From: the human T2T-CHM13v2.0 reference genome, Homo sapiens
DNA length: 64,000 bases
Reading direction: 5' to 3' (one strand)
Assembly (NCBI RefSeq): GCF_009914755.1
Contig: NC_060935.1
In this document: one piece after another, positions 15,764 through 28,649 of the stretch
Numbering within the stretch: the stretch's first letter is position 1
How the letters are laid out: the number at the start of each line of letters is the position of its first letter
Program-made: the position numbers and the translations under genes
The notes under the pieces: model-generated
Databases searched by the model: none
What the model was told of the DNA's origin: nothing
Seen by the model: the letters and a program-made list of their open reading frames with translations, nothing else

Positions 15764-17039
15764 TCAGAGGCTCCCACACAATTGGCAATGGCTGGTTTGC
15801 CCTTTGGCTGCTGGAGATGCAGGAAGATGGGGGAGGAAGGAAGGAGGAAAAAGAGAATGTATTTTTTTTTCAAAAAAGAAGCACACTTTTAAAAGCTAGA
15901 AGAGCCTGTATCAATATGACCTTGTCCAGAATTTATAAAAGAGCTTTGGTATATAAATTTGATCCCTGAAAATTATTGGATGAGGAAAGTGCAGTTATGA
16001 TTAATCTAATTTTTCAGTTAAGGAGAAATACATCTTCACTAGTTTGGGGTTTGCTGGCAGCCCAAGCCCTGACCCTCCACAGCTCTGTCCCAGAGGCTAT
16101 TCTTCACCCTGTGGACACTGCTCCTGGTTCCCACCTGTGTTCTATCACGGGATCAGTTAGGGCTTCTCGAGAGAAGAGCAGGAGATGGAGGTGGGAATCT
16201 TGGTCTAGAGTTCTCTAGATTTCAGCAAAAATCTCAACTGAGATCCCCAAGGCTGAAAAAAGACCCCAGGCCCTCAGAAACCATTATCCTTCCATTCAAG
16301 ACACCTGGGACTCCTCAGAGTGCCTTGGCAGGATCCCCCAGGAAGAGAATGCTTCTAGCTCTTGACCTTCCAGAGGGTTTTGGTGATTTTTGTATGAAGA
16401 ACAATGACATCTTTTTTGTTCACAGTTGTTGAGGAACAGAAACAGAGATTTAGTTTATAATCTGATGACTAGTTGTCCCTTTTATCCCCCATGTATTGTT
16501 TCTACCTTGGAGTTCAGGTGTCAGAAACTGTCTGATCTTATTTTTAACCTCCTTCAGAATCCAAACCGCTGAACAAAAAAAGAGGAATGATTTAAAAAGA
16601 GGGTCAGATACCCCTTCCAATCTCCTTCCTTACCTCCCCACTCCCACTCTGATTCCCCTACCACTCAGCTCCCCGAAGAAAGCGGAAAAGAGTGTTTGCC
16701 TTCTATTTTGTGATGCTTATCAACAGTAGGCAAAACTCCATTGTTATCTGGAGCTGTGTGGCATTGTTTCATGTGAGTGCCCACTTCGTTATTTAAGAAC
16801 TCGGAGTTTCCTTTAAAGGTTGCTTCATCAAAACATGCCATTAGTTAGAGACTTCTGCATCCACATCGACCGGGAAGAATGTCTAATTGCCGGCCTCTTT
16901 CATACCTCTTGCAATGCCCACCCTCCCTAATCCTCTCCACTCCCACCTTGGACCCAAGGTAACCCCTTCCCTCCTGATCCCCCCCCAACCTCCACAGACT
17001 GGTCTGTTTTGACTCTTTTCCTGGTGCAGAGACATTTCT

Positions 17040-17380
17040 TCAGTAATCTGGGAGTGTTCACGTGCTAATGCAGGTAAATTGTAATTAATTTCTCTCTAAT
17101 TGATGCGTGGGACTACCTAGGCCCCTCATTTTCCTCCCTTCATTCCTTTATAAATATATGATTTGACAGGTTAATTTGAAAGCAAAAGTTAGATTCTTTA
17201 CAGCCATCTAAGCCGAAGCCCCAGCACGCAATTTGCTGTCTAGTTGTGTGAAGCATAATAAAAGGGTTGAAGTCAGGTTATCCTTTTTTTTTTTTTATCA
17301 TCATTTTGCTAATTTAATCTTTTTCCCCTTCATAAGGTAATAAAATATTCATTTCACAGCCTGAAAGCCTTGGCAGCGAT
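17040..17380. promoter_or_regulatory. Candidate developmental enhancer (homeodomain/TALE motif cluster)
   Basis: No recognisable repeat. CACGTG at 17059, TAATTAATT at 17082, TAATTG at 17097, TGATTTGACAG at 17159. Motif evidence only. Confidence 0.35.
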
Positions 17381-18171
17381 TGGCGAGGGAGCAGTCTCCA
17401 CAGCGGGCTGTGTGTTCCACGGGGTGACCTTCTCCCTGGGGTCCCTGCAGCCTGGACCCTGGAAGGGGCACCGCGAGGGTCTTGTGGGCGGCTCTGGAGG
17501 AGTTTCGCTTTGGCATCTGGATCAGGACTGAGTCAAGCCTCCCACATTCTGCAGCAGCTCAGAGAAAAGCGCTAGAAATTACTGGAGCTGTGGGAGAGAC
17601 GGGAGCCTGCCCCGCAGCCAGATACCCAGAGGCGTTCTCGGAAGATGGGGGAGGTGGAAGTCCGTTTCCTGTCAGCTCCGGCATGAACCACGGGGAGGGC
17701 TTATGGCTGGATGAAACCAGCGCAGGAGTCACAGAGAGGCTGCTCCACAGGAGAGCGAGTCCTCCAGAGGACAAGGCGAGAACCCAGCTGCTCAAATGGT
17801 AGGCTCAGGCATCGCTCAGCTATTTGCGTCCACACGGAAGGAGCACTGCAGTGGTCCACGGGAGGACGGCTCTCAGAGCTCAGGTTGCCTTGGAACCCAT
17901 CTTAGCTTCTTGCTGGTTTGCTACAAAGCTCTCTGCACCCGGGCCTGCTCACTCGAGAGCTGGCCTTTCTGACACTAGCCAACCTACTGGAAATATCCAA
18001 GACTCTAAGTGGCTCAGCTCTTCTTCCCTGAGAGTTGGGGTAACAGCAGAGGGGCTTATGTCTGATGGGAGCATCTCTGGCCTCCACACCAGGCACCTTT
18101 TTCCCTGGGCCTCCACTTTCCCATCTCCTTATTCTGTTTAAAACCGGAGAAATAAGGGAAGGAGGTTGCTT

Positions 18172-18207
18172 CCCTCTTACAAGGTGCTATAGAATGACTG
18201 CCCCCTG
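18172..18207 (+). repeat. 36-bp dispersed direct repeat, copy 1
   Basis: ccctcttacaaggtgctatagaatgactgccccctg; 34/36 identical to 20618-20653. Confidence 0.93.
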
Positions 18208-19599
18208 GGAAACGTGCTTCTCAGACTACCCCACAGATGTGAAGTATCACACATGGGGGCTCCATCTGGATATAGAAGTTGGAGTTCCCTTGCTGAGATG
18301 CATTCCCAGGTAAGACAGTGAGACACGTTGTCACAGCTGACACTTGTTTACTTCTCACCGAGAACACGGAAGTGCCCACTTTTTGGTTGGAGGACCCTGG
18401 GTGAGAAGAAGCAATCCTTAAAAGGACGAAGGCAGATCAGGGCCCAGCATTCACCAGAGTCACCCTGCAGAGAGGGTGAATAGGAGCAGCTCACACAGAG
18501 ATCTCTGACCAGAGGACCCACGCTCATCTGTAGAGGGTCCCTAGGGGATGTGCGGGGCAGGATGGAGCCAGGAGGGAGGCTCCTGCTGTCATTCCCATCC
18601 GCACGAATGTGCTCATGCTTCTGATTAAAAAAAAAAAAAAATTGAGGAAGTTGCCATGAGCAGGCTGACCTGACCCTGGCCCCCCGCAAAAAGCCACAAA
18701 ATGAGGGTTCTGATAAATCGTGAATGCCTTCAAATCACGAATTCCTTCTCTAAATTTAATAAAAGTGCATGTTTTAGTGGCCATATCCACCCTTACTTTT
18801 CTCAGGTCGTTAGAATTTTTTATTTTTGTAACAGGTTCTGCAATTATGACTATTCTTTTACATAAGGTTTTGTCACATTCTTTTTGTCCAAAAATTTGGG
18901 AAGTTTCATTGGGGAAAAGGTCTCTTCATCCCATTGTTATTTTTAATTATCAGCATTAAAAAATAATAATAATAAAAAAGAATAGAAGTAAAAAAAAACA
19001 GTATCTTAACAAGCTGCCTGAAAATTACAGAGGAACACCACTTATTAGGAAAACAATTCAAGCCCATTCGAGGGAAAATACTATCAAAATATGTCATGAG
19101 CAGTTGAGGGGACATTGGGAAGTGAGAAAGAGTTCAGACTGAGAGGTGGCCAATAGAAGGAGAAGGAAAAAAGAGGAGGGAATGTGAAGCCTGAGAAAGG
19201 AAGAATAGCGAGGAGGATAGTAAAATGCTGAGCTTTGCAAAGATGAGAATCAAAGTTTCTGTGAACGGAAGACACGGCTCTGCATTGCCTTGAATTGCAA
19301 TTTTTCTTATCTCAGAGAACTTTGCACCAGAACCGTTGCTTGTGTCTTTCCAGAAGAGTGATACAAGATGGGATTAGAGTGCAACCTGTTTATCCTATTC
19401 CTGGGTTAGTGTAGATTGCTGAGGATTTCCACAGGAGGCACACTCTGAGTATGTACTTGAGGGGAAATTCACCTCTTATGCTACTGGGAAGGTCTCTTAA
19501 TGCCAGAGCAGAGAACTGGAGGAGGAGGAGGAAATACTTGCTAGTGAAAACCAACAGTCTGTGAGAGGAGGGACTCTTTACTTGCCTCCATCCCTGCTT

Positions 19600-21040
19600 T
19601 CATTTTACTGTCTTGAATGCATCACCTTTTCTCCTTTGACAGAGAAATGTTATGAAAGAGTGGTCTACATTTGGAGTTCTCTTTTCTCACCTCCCTGTAC
19701 CCTTCATTCCGTCTATCATCTGCCTTCTGCTTCTACTGTAATATTGAATCTGTCGAGCTCTGAAGAGCTCTAGTTTGTAAATTTCAAAAGATCATTTTTC
19801 ACCACCCGTCTCCTTCTTAGGGATCATTCTGACCACTCTGTCCTCCAAACACTTTCCTACCTTGGCTTCCGTGAAACCAGCTCCTGCAGTTTCTCCACCT
19901 TTTTGGCCATATCCTTCCTTTCATCTTTCCTGGGCTTCTACAATTCCTTGCATGCAAAGGCCCCCAAGCCTCCTTACTTCACCCGCATACCCAGCCCACA
20001 CCCTCAGATTAACTATGCCGAGCAGGCTACTATATATAATCTATACATCTATATGTCTATATCCATATCTACATGCAGGCCAGAACTCTTTTCTGAACTC
20101 AAATTTATTCAACTGCCTACTTGACATCTCCGCAGATTTAAATTTACACCTACATCTCCTCTCTGAATGCCTGCTCCTGGCTCATTCCTCCTCCTCCAGT
20201 CCCCATTTTGGACACAGCTTTCCATCTACCCACTTTCCAGAATCAGAATCCTGGGGACCATCCCTGCTCACCTCTTCCTCTCACCGCCCATATCCAAACT
20301 ATTAAAAGATCCTGACCTTTGTACCTACTGAGTATCTCTCAAATCACCCTCTTCTCTAGTCCTGTGTCTTTTTGCAAGGTCGGGATCTTATTTCTTATTT
20401 AACCCATCGGAGAGCAAGACACTCTGCCACCAGTATTCATTTCTCACCAGTCCATTGTCTTTGCCGTTAACGAATCTTTATGAAAGGCTAATCAGATCTT
20501 ATCACTCCCCTCCTTACACAATTTTTAAAGTCATCCTTTGATCTTGAGGATGAAATCCCAATTTCTTAGCATGGTAAACAGAGCTCCCATTTTTATACGA
20601 TCCTTATCTAATCCCCACCCTCTTACAACATGCTATAGAATGACTGCCCCCTGCTTACTCAACCTGTTACCTGGACCCTTCACCCTGCCTATCTTATTTC
20701 AAGATCCTAGCAGCCACCTGGAGGCACAGATTTCTACGGGGTTTTTCTTCTCTATCTAGCCAACTCTTCCTCAGCCTAGGTGACTCAGTTTTACCGCCAC
20801 TGTCTGTGGGGAGGGCGAGCCCCTTCCTGACCCTTCTCTATGTTCCCAGAATTCCCAGAACCTATGCCAAGAGACCAGCCAGCTGAGCACATGCATTCCA
20901 GTCATCTCTATTTGCTCCTCTCATCAGGCCTCTAGGCTGAGACTTTCTGGGGAGCAAGAGCCATGTTTCTGCATCACCCCTTAGTGGAGAATCCTCCTCA
21001 TAATAGGAGCTAATGAAAAGTTGTTGAGTTGTTCATAAAA
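19600..21040 (+). mobile_element. L2 LINE (decayed RT-end and 3' region)
   Basis: 'ctgaccactctgtcctccaaacactttcctaccttggcttccgtgaaacca', 'attcaactgcctacttgacatctcc' and 'cttgaggatgaaatcccaatttcttagcatgg' are typical L2 segments. Confidence 0.8.
20618..20653 (+). repeat. 36-bp dispersed direct repeat, copy 2 (within L2)
   Basis: ccctcttacaacatgctatagaatgactgccccctg. Confidence 0.93.
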
Positions 21041-22825
21041 TAAAAGTAATATGTAACAATTTACCACAAGGCTACCTATAAAGAATTATGAAGAAAATCC
21101 AATGTTTATTGCAAAGGATGTCTATTAAATGGTGTCCCTTGGGTAAATGTCTATTTGGAATCCCCACAACAGAAAATCTACTTCTAACTAAAATTAAAAA
21201 TAACACCAAGCAAGCAGAACAAAAAGTAGAGTTTCGTTTTGTTGTTGCTGTAAATGAATTGCCTGAAAACCTGAGTAAGACACCTAAGAGTTTCTCTCTT
21301 GCTGGAGCTGGACTAAGAACACCTGGAAACCCTGCCTCTCAAACCCCCTCAGCAGCACTCACAGCAGCCTGTTCCCTGCTCACCCCACACGTTTCAGCTC
21401 ATGAAACCACTTAAGAAATGCATCCTTACAGCCACGGAGATACGAGATGCTGGGCTCCGGCTACATTTGCACATTTGCATTCTGCTTATCAGGTCACCCA
21501 ATGGCAAAATCTTCAGAGGGAGCCGGCAATTTCTCCCTCATACTGAAGCTAATGAGCAAAATAGCTCTTGCTGAAGGACAAGAAAAAGTCGGCGCGCACA
21601 CGGTGTACTGCGGGCACCACGGGCAGGCTGTCATCATTATGAAAAACCATCACAAGACCTTACAAATTAAAAGCTGCGGATAAAACTTTTGCCCTATCGA
21701 GTTTGTAAGGAAGCATCTCGCTGTTCATCAGGTCCAGGCAGCTGCAGTCGGAGCTCTCCCAGAATGCTAGCAGGGCTGGGCTGCCTCCTGCAGGCTCCCA
21801 GAGGGGACACAACGTCAGCTGTCAATTTCTAAGCAAAGGGAGATTGTTTTATACCCATTTTGGGCTCTCTCTTCATATCCAGGCTTGACTCACAGAGTTG
21901 ACTTTTATTACCAGGTTAATCACCAGCAAGCTTAGCTGAGGAGTTATCAGCAATGCCCATCCTTCCGCTTTTTCTCAGCTCCCCTCTCTGCCACCCCATC
22001 TCCTTGGTTAGCAGCTTCCTGGGCTTCTGCTTTGCATCTTTCCAACTAGCTCACGGAGGGATAAAGGAAGCTCATTTCAGAACCAGTCATCAACTCCCCC
22101 TTTGGATCAAACTGCAAGTGAAAATTGTACCCATCTGTCTAAACAACTCAAGGAAAATGGGACCTAAATTGTCCAATTTTGGTGTGTCCACCTAGCCTGC
22201 TAATTTAATTTTACTTTCCAAAAATCTGAGACCCCATACTACCTCCTCTTCTGCGTTGATGCAAGAAAATGAGCAAAGAAAAAATGCACATCTCCAAAAA
22301 CATATCATTCTGCTTGCCCCGGGGGGCACTGGTTATACAAGAGGCTGCATCTCTGGGATCTGTATTCAGGTCTCTGGTGAGGGCCAGCAGGAAGTGCAGA
22401 GCCACAGAAAATTGAAAAATAATAGGGGAAAGGAGAAACAAACATTTCAGCTTTGTCTTCAATGTGCATTTGGAACTTGGCTCTGGAAAAAGATAAGGGT
22501 GGAGAGATGCATTTCCCAGCAGTGGCAGGTGCTTGGCTCTATTTGGGGCTTTACCGACAGGGGCTGGATTGTTGGACTTTTGCGTTCTACGCACTCAGTT
22601 CTAGAAGGTGTGGCAAGTCCCTTCCCGTACCGATTCCTGAAATGAAGTCCTCTTCCCCATACCCAAAGATGGTTTGTGTTTCCGAACAAAATATAATGAG
22701 AGGCTTAGTTGAGAAACCCAAAACAAAGCAATAATCTCATCAAGTAAATGATAATTATAAGGAAGGTGTCAAGAATACAAATACTATATTCCTATCTCAG
22801 ATTCATTTCTAAAAATAAGATCCAG

Positions 22826-23183
<358 letters not shown>

Positions 23184-25639
23184 TTTCTAGGAGGTATGAA
23201 AGCCCCTCATTAGAAAGGGGAAGGAAATCCTGAAGAACCCCTCTCAGGGAGGGCTGACTGCTTTCCTCCTGTCTGGAGGGGGCCATTCGTACCACCAGCG
23301 AGGGCAGAAATGTGGTCAACAGCCTATCTCCCATAGTTGATTTGAACCAGGCAAAACAGTGACACCGATGAATTGCACACTCAGGTGGCATGTTCCCTTC
23401 ATCACAGGCTTGTTAATAAGATGAGTGAAATCACTCTCCAGTTCCTGAAATGATTTGGGAAGTCTTTCCTGCCTTTTCTTCTCTCTTCTGCAAAGCACTC
23501 CCAAGCTAATGGAAAGTGAAATAAGGTGGTTTGCTGATCCTGAGTGAGACTGATAAGATGCGGGGTTTTTAGAAATCTTCACGACCTAGGCATCTGAAAA
23601 CATGTTAGCCCATTCTCTGCATCCCGACAAGCATTTCTGAATGGGATGCTTCATTCCCATGAGGGCTCTGCCCTGGGTTCTGGCTCCTGTGGAAAGGGAG
23701 AGGTCAGAGGTCCCTGGGGCACGATGTATGCCTCAGTCAGGACAGGTTCAGTTATGATCCGACAACAAGTGGCCCTAAATGTTAGAGGCAGTGGCAAGAA
23801 GCTATGTGCTTCTCACTCACAAGGACACATTCTTCTGTCCCACAGGGTATTTGCTCTGCACCAAGACTGACAGAGGGGCCACTAAATGGCAGATTGTCAA
23901 TCTCACATTAGAGGGAAGACAGGGATGCAGTGAATAATAAAATTTCTGCTTGGAATTCACACAGTCACTACTGCCCAAATTTCAATGACTAAAGCAAGTC
24001 ATGCGGCCAATCTTGCATTCAAGAGCGAAGTAATAAATCTGTATTGCGTAGAGAAGGAAAGTGAAGATTGACAAACATTGTCGTAGTCTCCTATAATGGA
24101 AGGCAGGGCTCTGTCACCCTTGGAATATGGAATGGCTCCACCATTGTGGAATGTCTCCCTGTCTCCCAAAGCCCAGCTGCAAAATAAGCACAAGAACGTG
24201 TGCCCACCCTGACCTATTCCAGCATCACAGCCCACAGAGCCCCAGGGCACGCGAGTTCTCATCCACAGGGCTTCACCTCTCTGAGGAACATTTGTTACCT
24301 GGCTTCCTTTTTGGTTTCCTGTGGTTTCAGCCTTGTCTTAGGAATAGAGAATCAAAGAGAGGACTCAAACAATACAGACAGAACCAGCAATCAAAAACTC
24401 ATGTGGGCTGAGTGCAGGCTCCTGGAACGCAGACACTGGCTTAATCACATAATGTCTTTTATACAAACCTGACAGAAAGGATTATGTGCTCTATTACCTT
24501 TTTCTTTACTTCAGAAATTCGAAAGTATCCTCATCAAAGAACTCTTAGGGAACTTTAATGTGCAATGTGTAGACACAAATAATATCTTGCCCCTAAGTCT
24601 CTCAATTTATGAAAAACAGAGCAATTCCAAGAGGGGCGAAGTAAATCCATCCAGGGTGAACAACCATTCCCACAGCCTTGGTGCCCTTGGGGAGGATCAG
24701 AAGAAATAGAATATAATAATAATTGAGCACTTACTATGTGCAGGCGTTCATGTGACACTCCCAATTCCTGCCCCAGGAATAGCCCCAGGAGTTTACTCCT
24801 GAGTCAACTCAGCAGTAGACAGTAAGTAAAGTCAGCAGTTTACTGAAATGCCTATTGGACAGATTGTTCTGGAAACTGACCTGCTTGCTACATTTGCCCT
24901 GAGCCTTCCTTGGAGCTAAGCATGACTTGTCTCATCAATGTTTCTCCTTTCCTAATTCTGGTTTTGAGCCTAGGCTTCCTGCTACATTGGCCTACCAACT
25001 TGATGGGCAGTTTATGCCCTTGCATCTTGCCTCCCAACCTTCTTCCCTGATTCCCAACCTTCCAGTTTTCTGTTCTGCAACCCTGCTCTGGTGCAGCATC
25101 TCTGTGGACCAAGAGCCTGGTGAGGGACCCCTCCAGATTTGGCCTGGGATTCTTTCAGCCTGGGGAGCATGGACTGGACTTGCTCCTGTCCTGGCAGGAC
25201 ACTCAGAGACCATTAGAGCTAGACATTGCATTCATCCTGGAGAGGCTTGGAGAGATCTGCTGAGGGATGGGAAGGAGACAAAGCCAGGGAAGCATATGGA
25301 GGGCCGGAGCACCACGTGGCTGCTTACTGAGCAAGCAGGCTGCCATGTTCTGCACAGTGTGAGGCCTGCCCTGGAAGCAGCCCCGGCCCAGGTACATGGA
25401 GCTGGATGGAAATCAGGCAGCAGGCCTGGTGCGGGGCAGGCATTGGGCCGAATGGGAATTTCACAACTCCTGCCTTACCTTTCTCTTTATCTCTTAATCG
25501 ACTAAAGGGAATCCACAGGAGGATGTTCAGACAAGCCAGGGCACACCTTTGACTGTGTTTTATTGTGGTTTCTGTGGCTTTGGGACTGAGGGGAAGTTGG
25601 AGGCAGCCATCCTGGCTGATTGCAGTGACAAGATAAAAA

Positions 25640-26030
25640 TGCAAAGAAAATATAATAACAACATGTTGTAAAACAAAAGTTCAGTAATTCAACAGAGGAG
25701 ATATCGAGTGGCATGAGTGTTATTGGAATTTGGAGGGAGAGAGCTTTTCAAAGTGAAGTGATGACAGAAAGTGTTCGTAATGGACGTAGAATTAAGTCCT
25801 AGAAGATAAGATTCCTGGTAGGTAGACAAGCGTGAGGAAGGTGTTCTAAGAACTGAGTAATAGCATGGACAGGAGCGTGGGATTTAAAGCTGTGAGTGGC
25901 AGCTGGCAGAAAGATAGTCTATTTGCAGGGATAAGTGAGGCTGGCAGGACAGCTTAGGGAACAGTTACAGAGGATCCCGAAGAGTTCTGTCAGCTGGCCA
26001 ATATTGAGGTTCACCACATAATGGAAACAG
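25640..26030 (-). mobile_element. L2 fragment
   Basis: 'gagagcttttcaaagtgaagtgatg...ggaaggtgttctaagaactgagtaatagcatggacagg' resembles antisense L2. Confidence 0.45.
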
Positions 26031-26394
26031 TGCTTAGCATTTCCCATAACTCACATCAAATGGAGAAGTTTGAAATATATACTGTATTGTAATTTGATTA
26101 TTAACTGAGGAAATGTATGTGTATATGTATATATAATCTTGAGTGGGATATACTTGTTTGTATCTCCTACCCTCAAGAAACACAATTCTACGCATATCTT
26201 GGGATTTCAATGCATCTATAACCAAGTATATGAATAATATTTTGACACAGAAGAAAACAATGCTGAAAAACAGCACAACCAAAACCATTTTCAAAACCCA
26301 GCACAGTGCCTGCCTCCCGGTACCCTCCAGTGACACTTTCCTTGCTAGATCAGGGATAACCACAACAAGTAACAGGTAAGAGAGGCAGTCTCTG

Positions 26395-26396
<2 letters not shown>

Positions 26397-26428
<32 letters not shown>
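26397..26428. repeat. Poly(T)32 mononucleotide run
   Basis: Read directly; no adjacent Alu or L1 body is recognisable. Confidence 0.9.
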
Positions 26429-26429
<1 letters not shown>

Positions 26430-27289
26430 TATAAAATGATGCTACATAGATCTTTTGTATTGACCACTTCCTCAACCACTGAAAGGAGGGACAGGGATTT
26501 TCTTTTTCTTCCAATTTGAACACTACTCAGTTCACTATCAACCATGCCTAGATCTTGGCAGGGCAGGGGTAAGGGAAAGTGCATGCAAATTGTCTACACT
26601 GCAGAAAAGATGAGAAAGAGAGGGAGAGAAAGAACTCTCACTAAAGGGGTGTGATGGCCTCACAGGCCATGAAATGGGCGATATCCTTTGAGACGTGCAG
26701 GACAAGGCCCAGAAGCAACAAGAAGGCACTCTCAGGGCTGGTGAGCAGGCAGCGGACTTTGCCCTCCACGTGCTCCAGAATTTTGCTGTGCGGTTTCATT
26801 AACATGAAGATAAAATGGAACATGGCTGAGTTACAGCAACTCTAGCTCATGTTTGCTTAAAAAGAAAATAAAGTTCTGTATCTCAATCCATCTTGCTTTG
26901 GCTGGGGGGCCGGCCAGGTTCCCGTCATGTCAGTGCTGGCAGTGCAGGGAGAGAGGGTGTGGATCTGGGACTGCCGCTGCCGGCTTGTTTAGAAACATAC
27001 ACACTGCCGGCCACATCAACCCGATTTGGTGGTAAACAGGGGTGCCGTTCATCATGACAGTGTCCTCATGCAAGAAACTTTGCAGTTACAGCCACGAGGG
27101 AAGAAAGGAAAAGGGTCCCTGTTTGTGTCAGCCGGAAAGATAGCAGAGGCTAGCGCGTGTTTCCCCTTCTGCTACGGGCTTCAGCTGCTCCATGCATACA
27201 CGGTTGTTTCCTTACCAGAAATCCCAGATGAATCTATTTCACCAGTATGCCTACTGAAAACCAAGAAATCCTTCATAGTCGCGAAACGA

Positions 27290-27500
27290 GTGTTTCAGAC
27301 TCAGAAAAAAGAAAGCCAGAGTTTGAATCTTGACGCTGCTAGTAACCAGCCTTGCGGTTTTGACCTTGCCACCTTGGGCCTCTGCTTACAGTGTATGAAA
27401 TGATAAGAAAGGCTCTCCTAAGGCACGACGTCATTACAAAGATGCAATGATAACATAGGTAGTGTGTCTGAAAACTTTTTAGAAATCACTTTCCCACTGT
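27290..27500 (+). mobile_element. MIR fragment
   Basis: 'cagagtttgaatcttgacgctgctagtaaccagc...gaccttg...gggcctctgcttacagtgtatgaaatg'. Confidence 0.5.
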
Positions 27501-28054
27501 GAGATGACATTGGTGCAGTTAAACTTTATTTATTTGTGTGCCAGGTCTTAATATGTTTCTTGTGTTTCCGTTTCTCTTACGAGCCTTGCCACTCTCATTA
27601 TTTCAGATGCTAGGCAAGCTGGACAGAAGCTGAGCATTCTCTAATTTGGGGGCAGCATGTTACACCACAGCACGTGTTCCTGCATGACTGGTTTATAAAA
27701 CATTCCGAGACTCTGTGGAAGTGTTTGCTGTGACGACCTTAGGACAAAAATTGCATAGATAGAAAATGTAATAAATCTGAAAGTTTAATCCTGGAGCACA
27801 TACCAGGAAAATATGAGGCAGTGCTCAAGAGTGAAAATTGTTCTCTCACCCATCCCATGAAGAAAGCAAAGGCTCATTCCTACCAGACAGGAAGGGGCAT
27901 GTTCATAGACGTTTAAAAGGCAGGAGTCATTCAGGAATAATAGTTTGTTTGAAAGTTACAGACCACTGCAATACCTCTTGAATGAATTTCTTCCTGACAA
28001 TCTCAGTATATGGTGTATACCACAGCCTCTTCTCCGTCTTTCTGGCTGTCTGGA

Positions 28055-28070
28055 CAGCACCCTCTAGTGG
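28055..28070 (-). promoter_or_regulatory. Candidate CTCF binding site
   Basis: The minus strand reads CCACTAGAGGGTGCTG, a close match to the CTCF core CCASYAGRKGGCRS. Confidence 0.5.
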
Positions 28071-28649
28071 TTCCTTTTTCTCCAAACATTTCAGTGTGAG
28101 TGTTGCAGGAAGGACTAATTTCAGAATGCTCTCCCACCCACTTTTTAACTTTAGCAGTGCAAAGAGGTGTTCCTGTCTCCTTTAATTCCGCTATAATTAT
28201 ACTGGACAGAGAAATAGCAGCTGCGGTTCAAATGAGTAGGCGCCATTACTCCCTCCCAAATTTCATTTTACTTTTGCTCACACAGCAACCCCAACCAGAC
28301 TTTCATTAGAAATCTCTCATACGGCTTTTGACTTAGTGTTTCTGTGTTATGTGGATAAATTCTCTCCTGTTAATGAACTGAATAAGATTGTCCCTCCCCC
28401 TCTACCAATAAGGGGTTGACGTCTTACACGCAACATTTCTACTTAAAATAGAGCAGCCATTCTGCCTATTTCACAAAGGGCAGGGCTTTGAAGCCACCCA
28501 CGGCATGAGCTAACTTGCTCCTGTATTAAGTGACCTTATACCAAGTCACTTTTAAAAAGTTGCTCGGATCAGAGCAGCCACAGTGCAGTGCCCTCGAGTT
28601 CCCCTTGCCTGCAGCTTCTGTGCCTCAGATGGTAAGTGGCAGAAAGACA

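Noticed and set aside
23879-23892. CTCF-like CCACTAAATGGCAG
   Set aside because: It has A in place of a nearly invariant G of the core, so it is probably non-binding.
24927-25505. 192-aa ORF, the longest outside the microsatellite
   Set aside because: No recognisable domain or homology, no clear exon structure, and the composition is typical of a chance ORF in GC-richer DNA.
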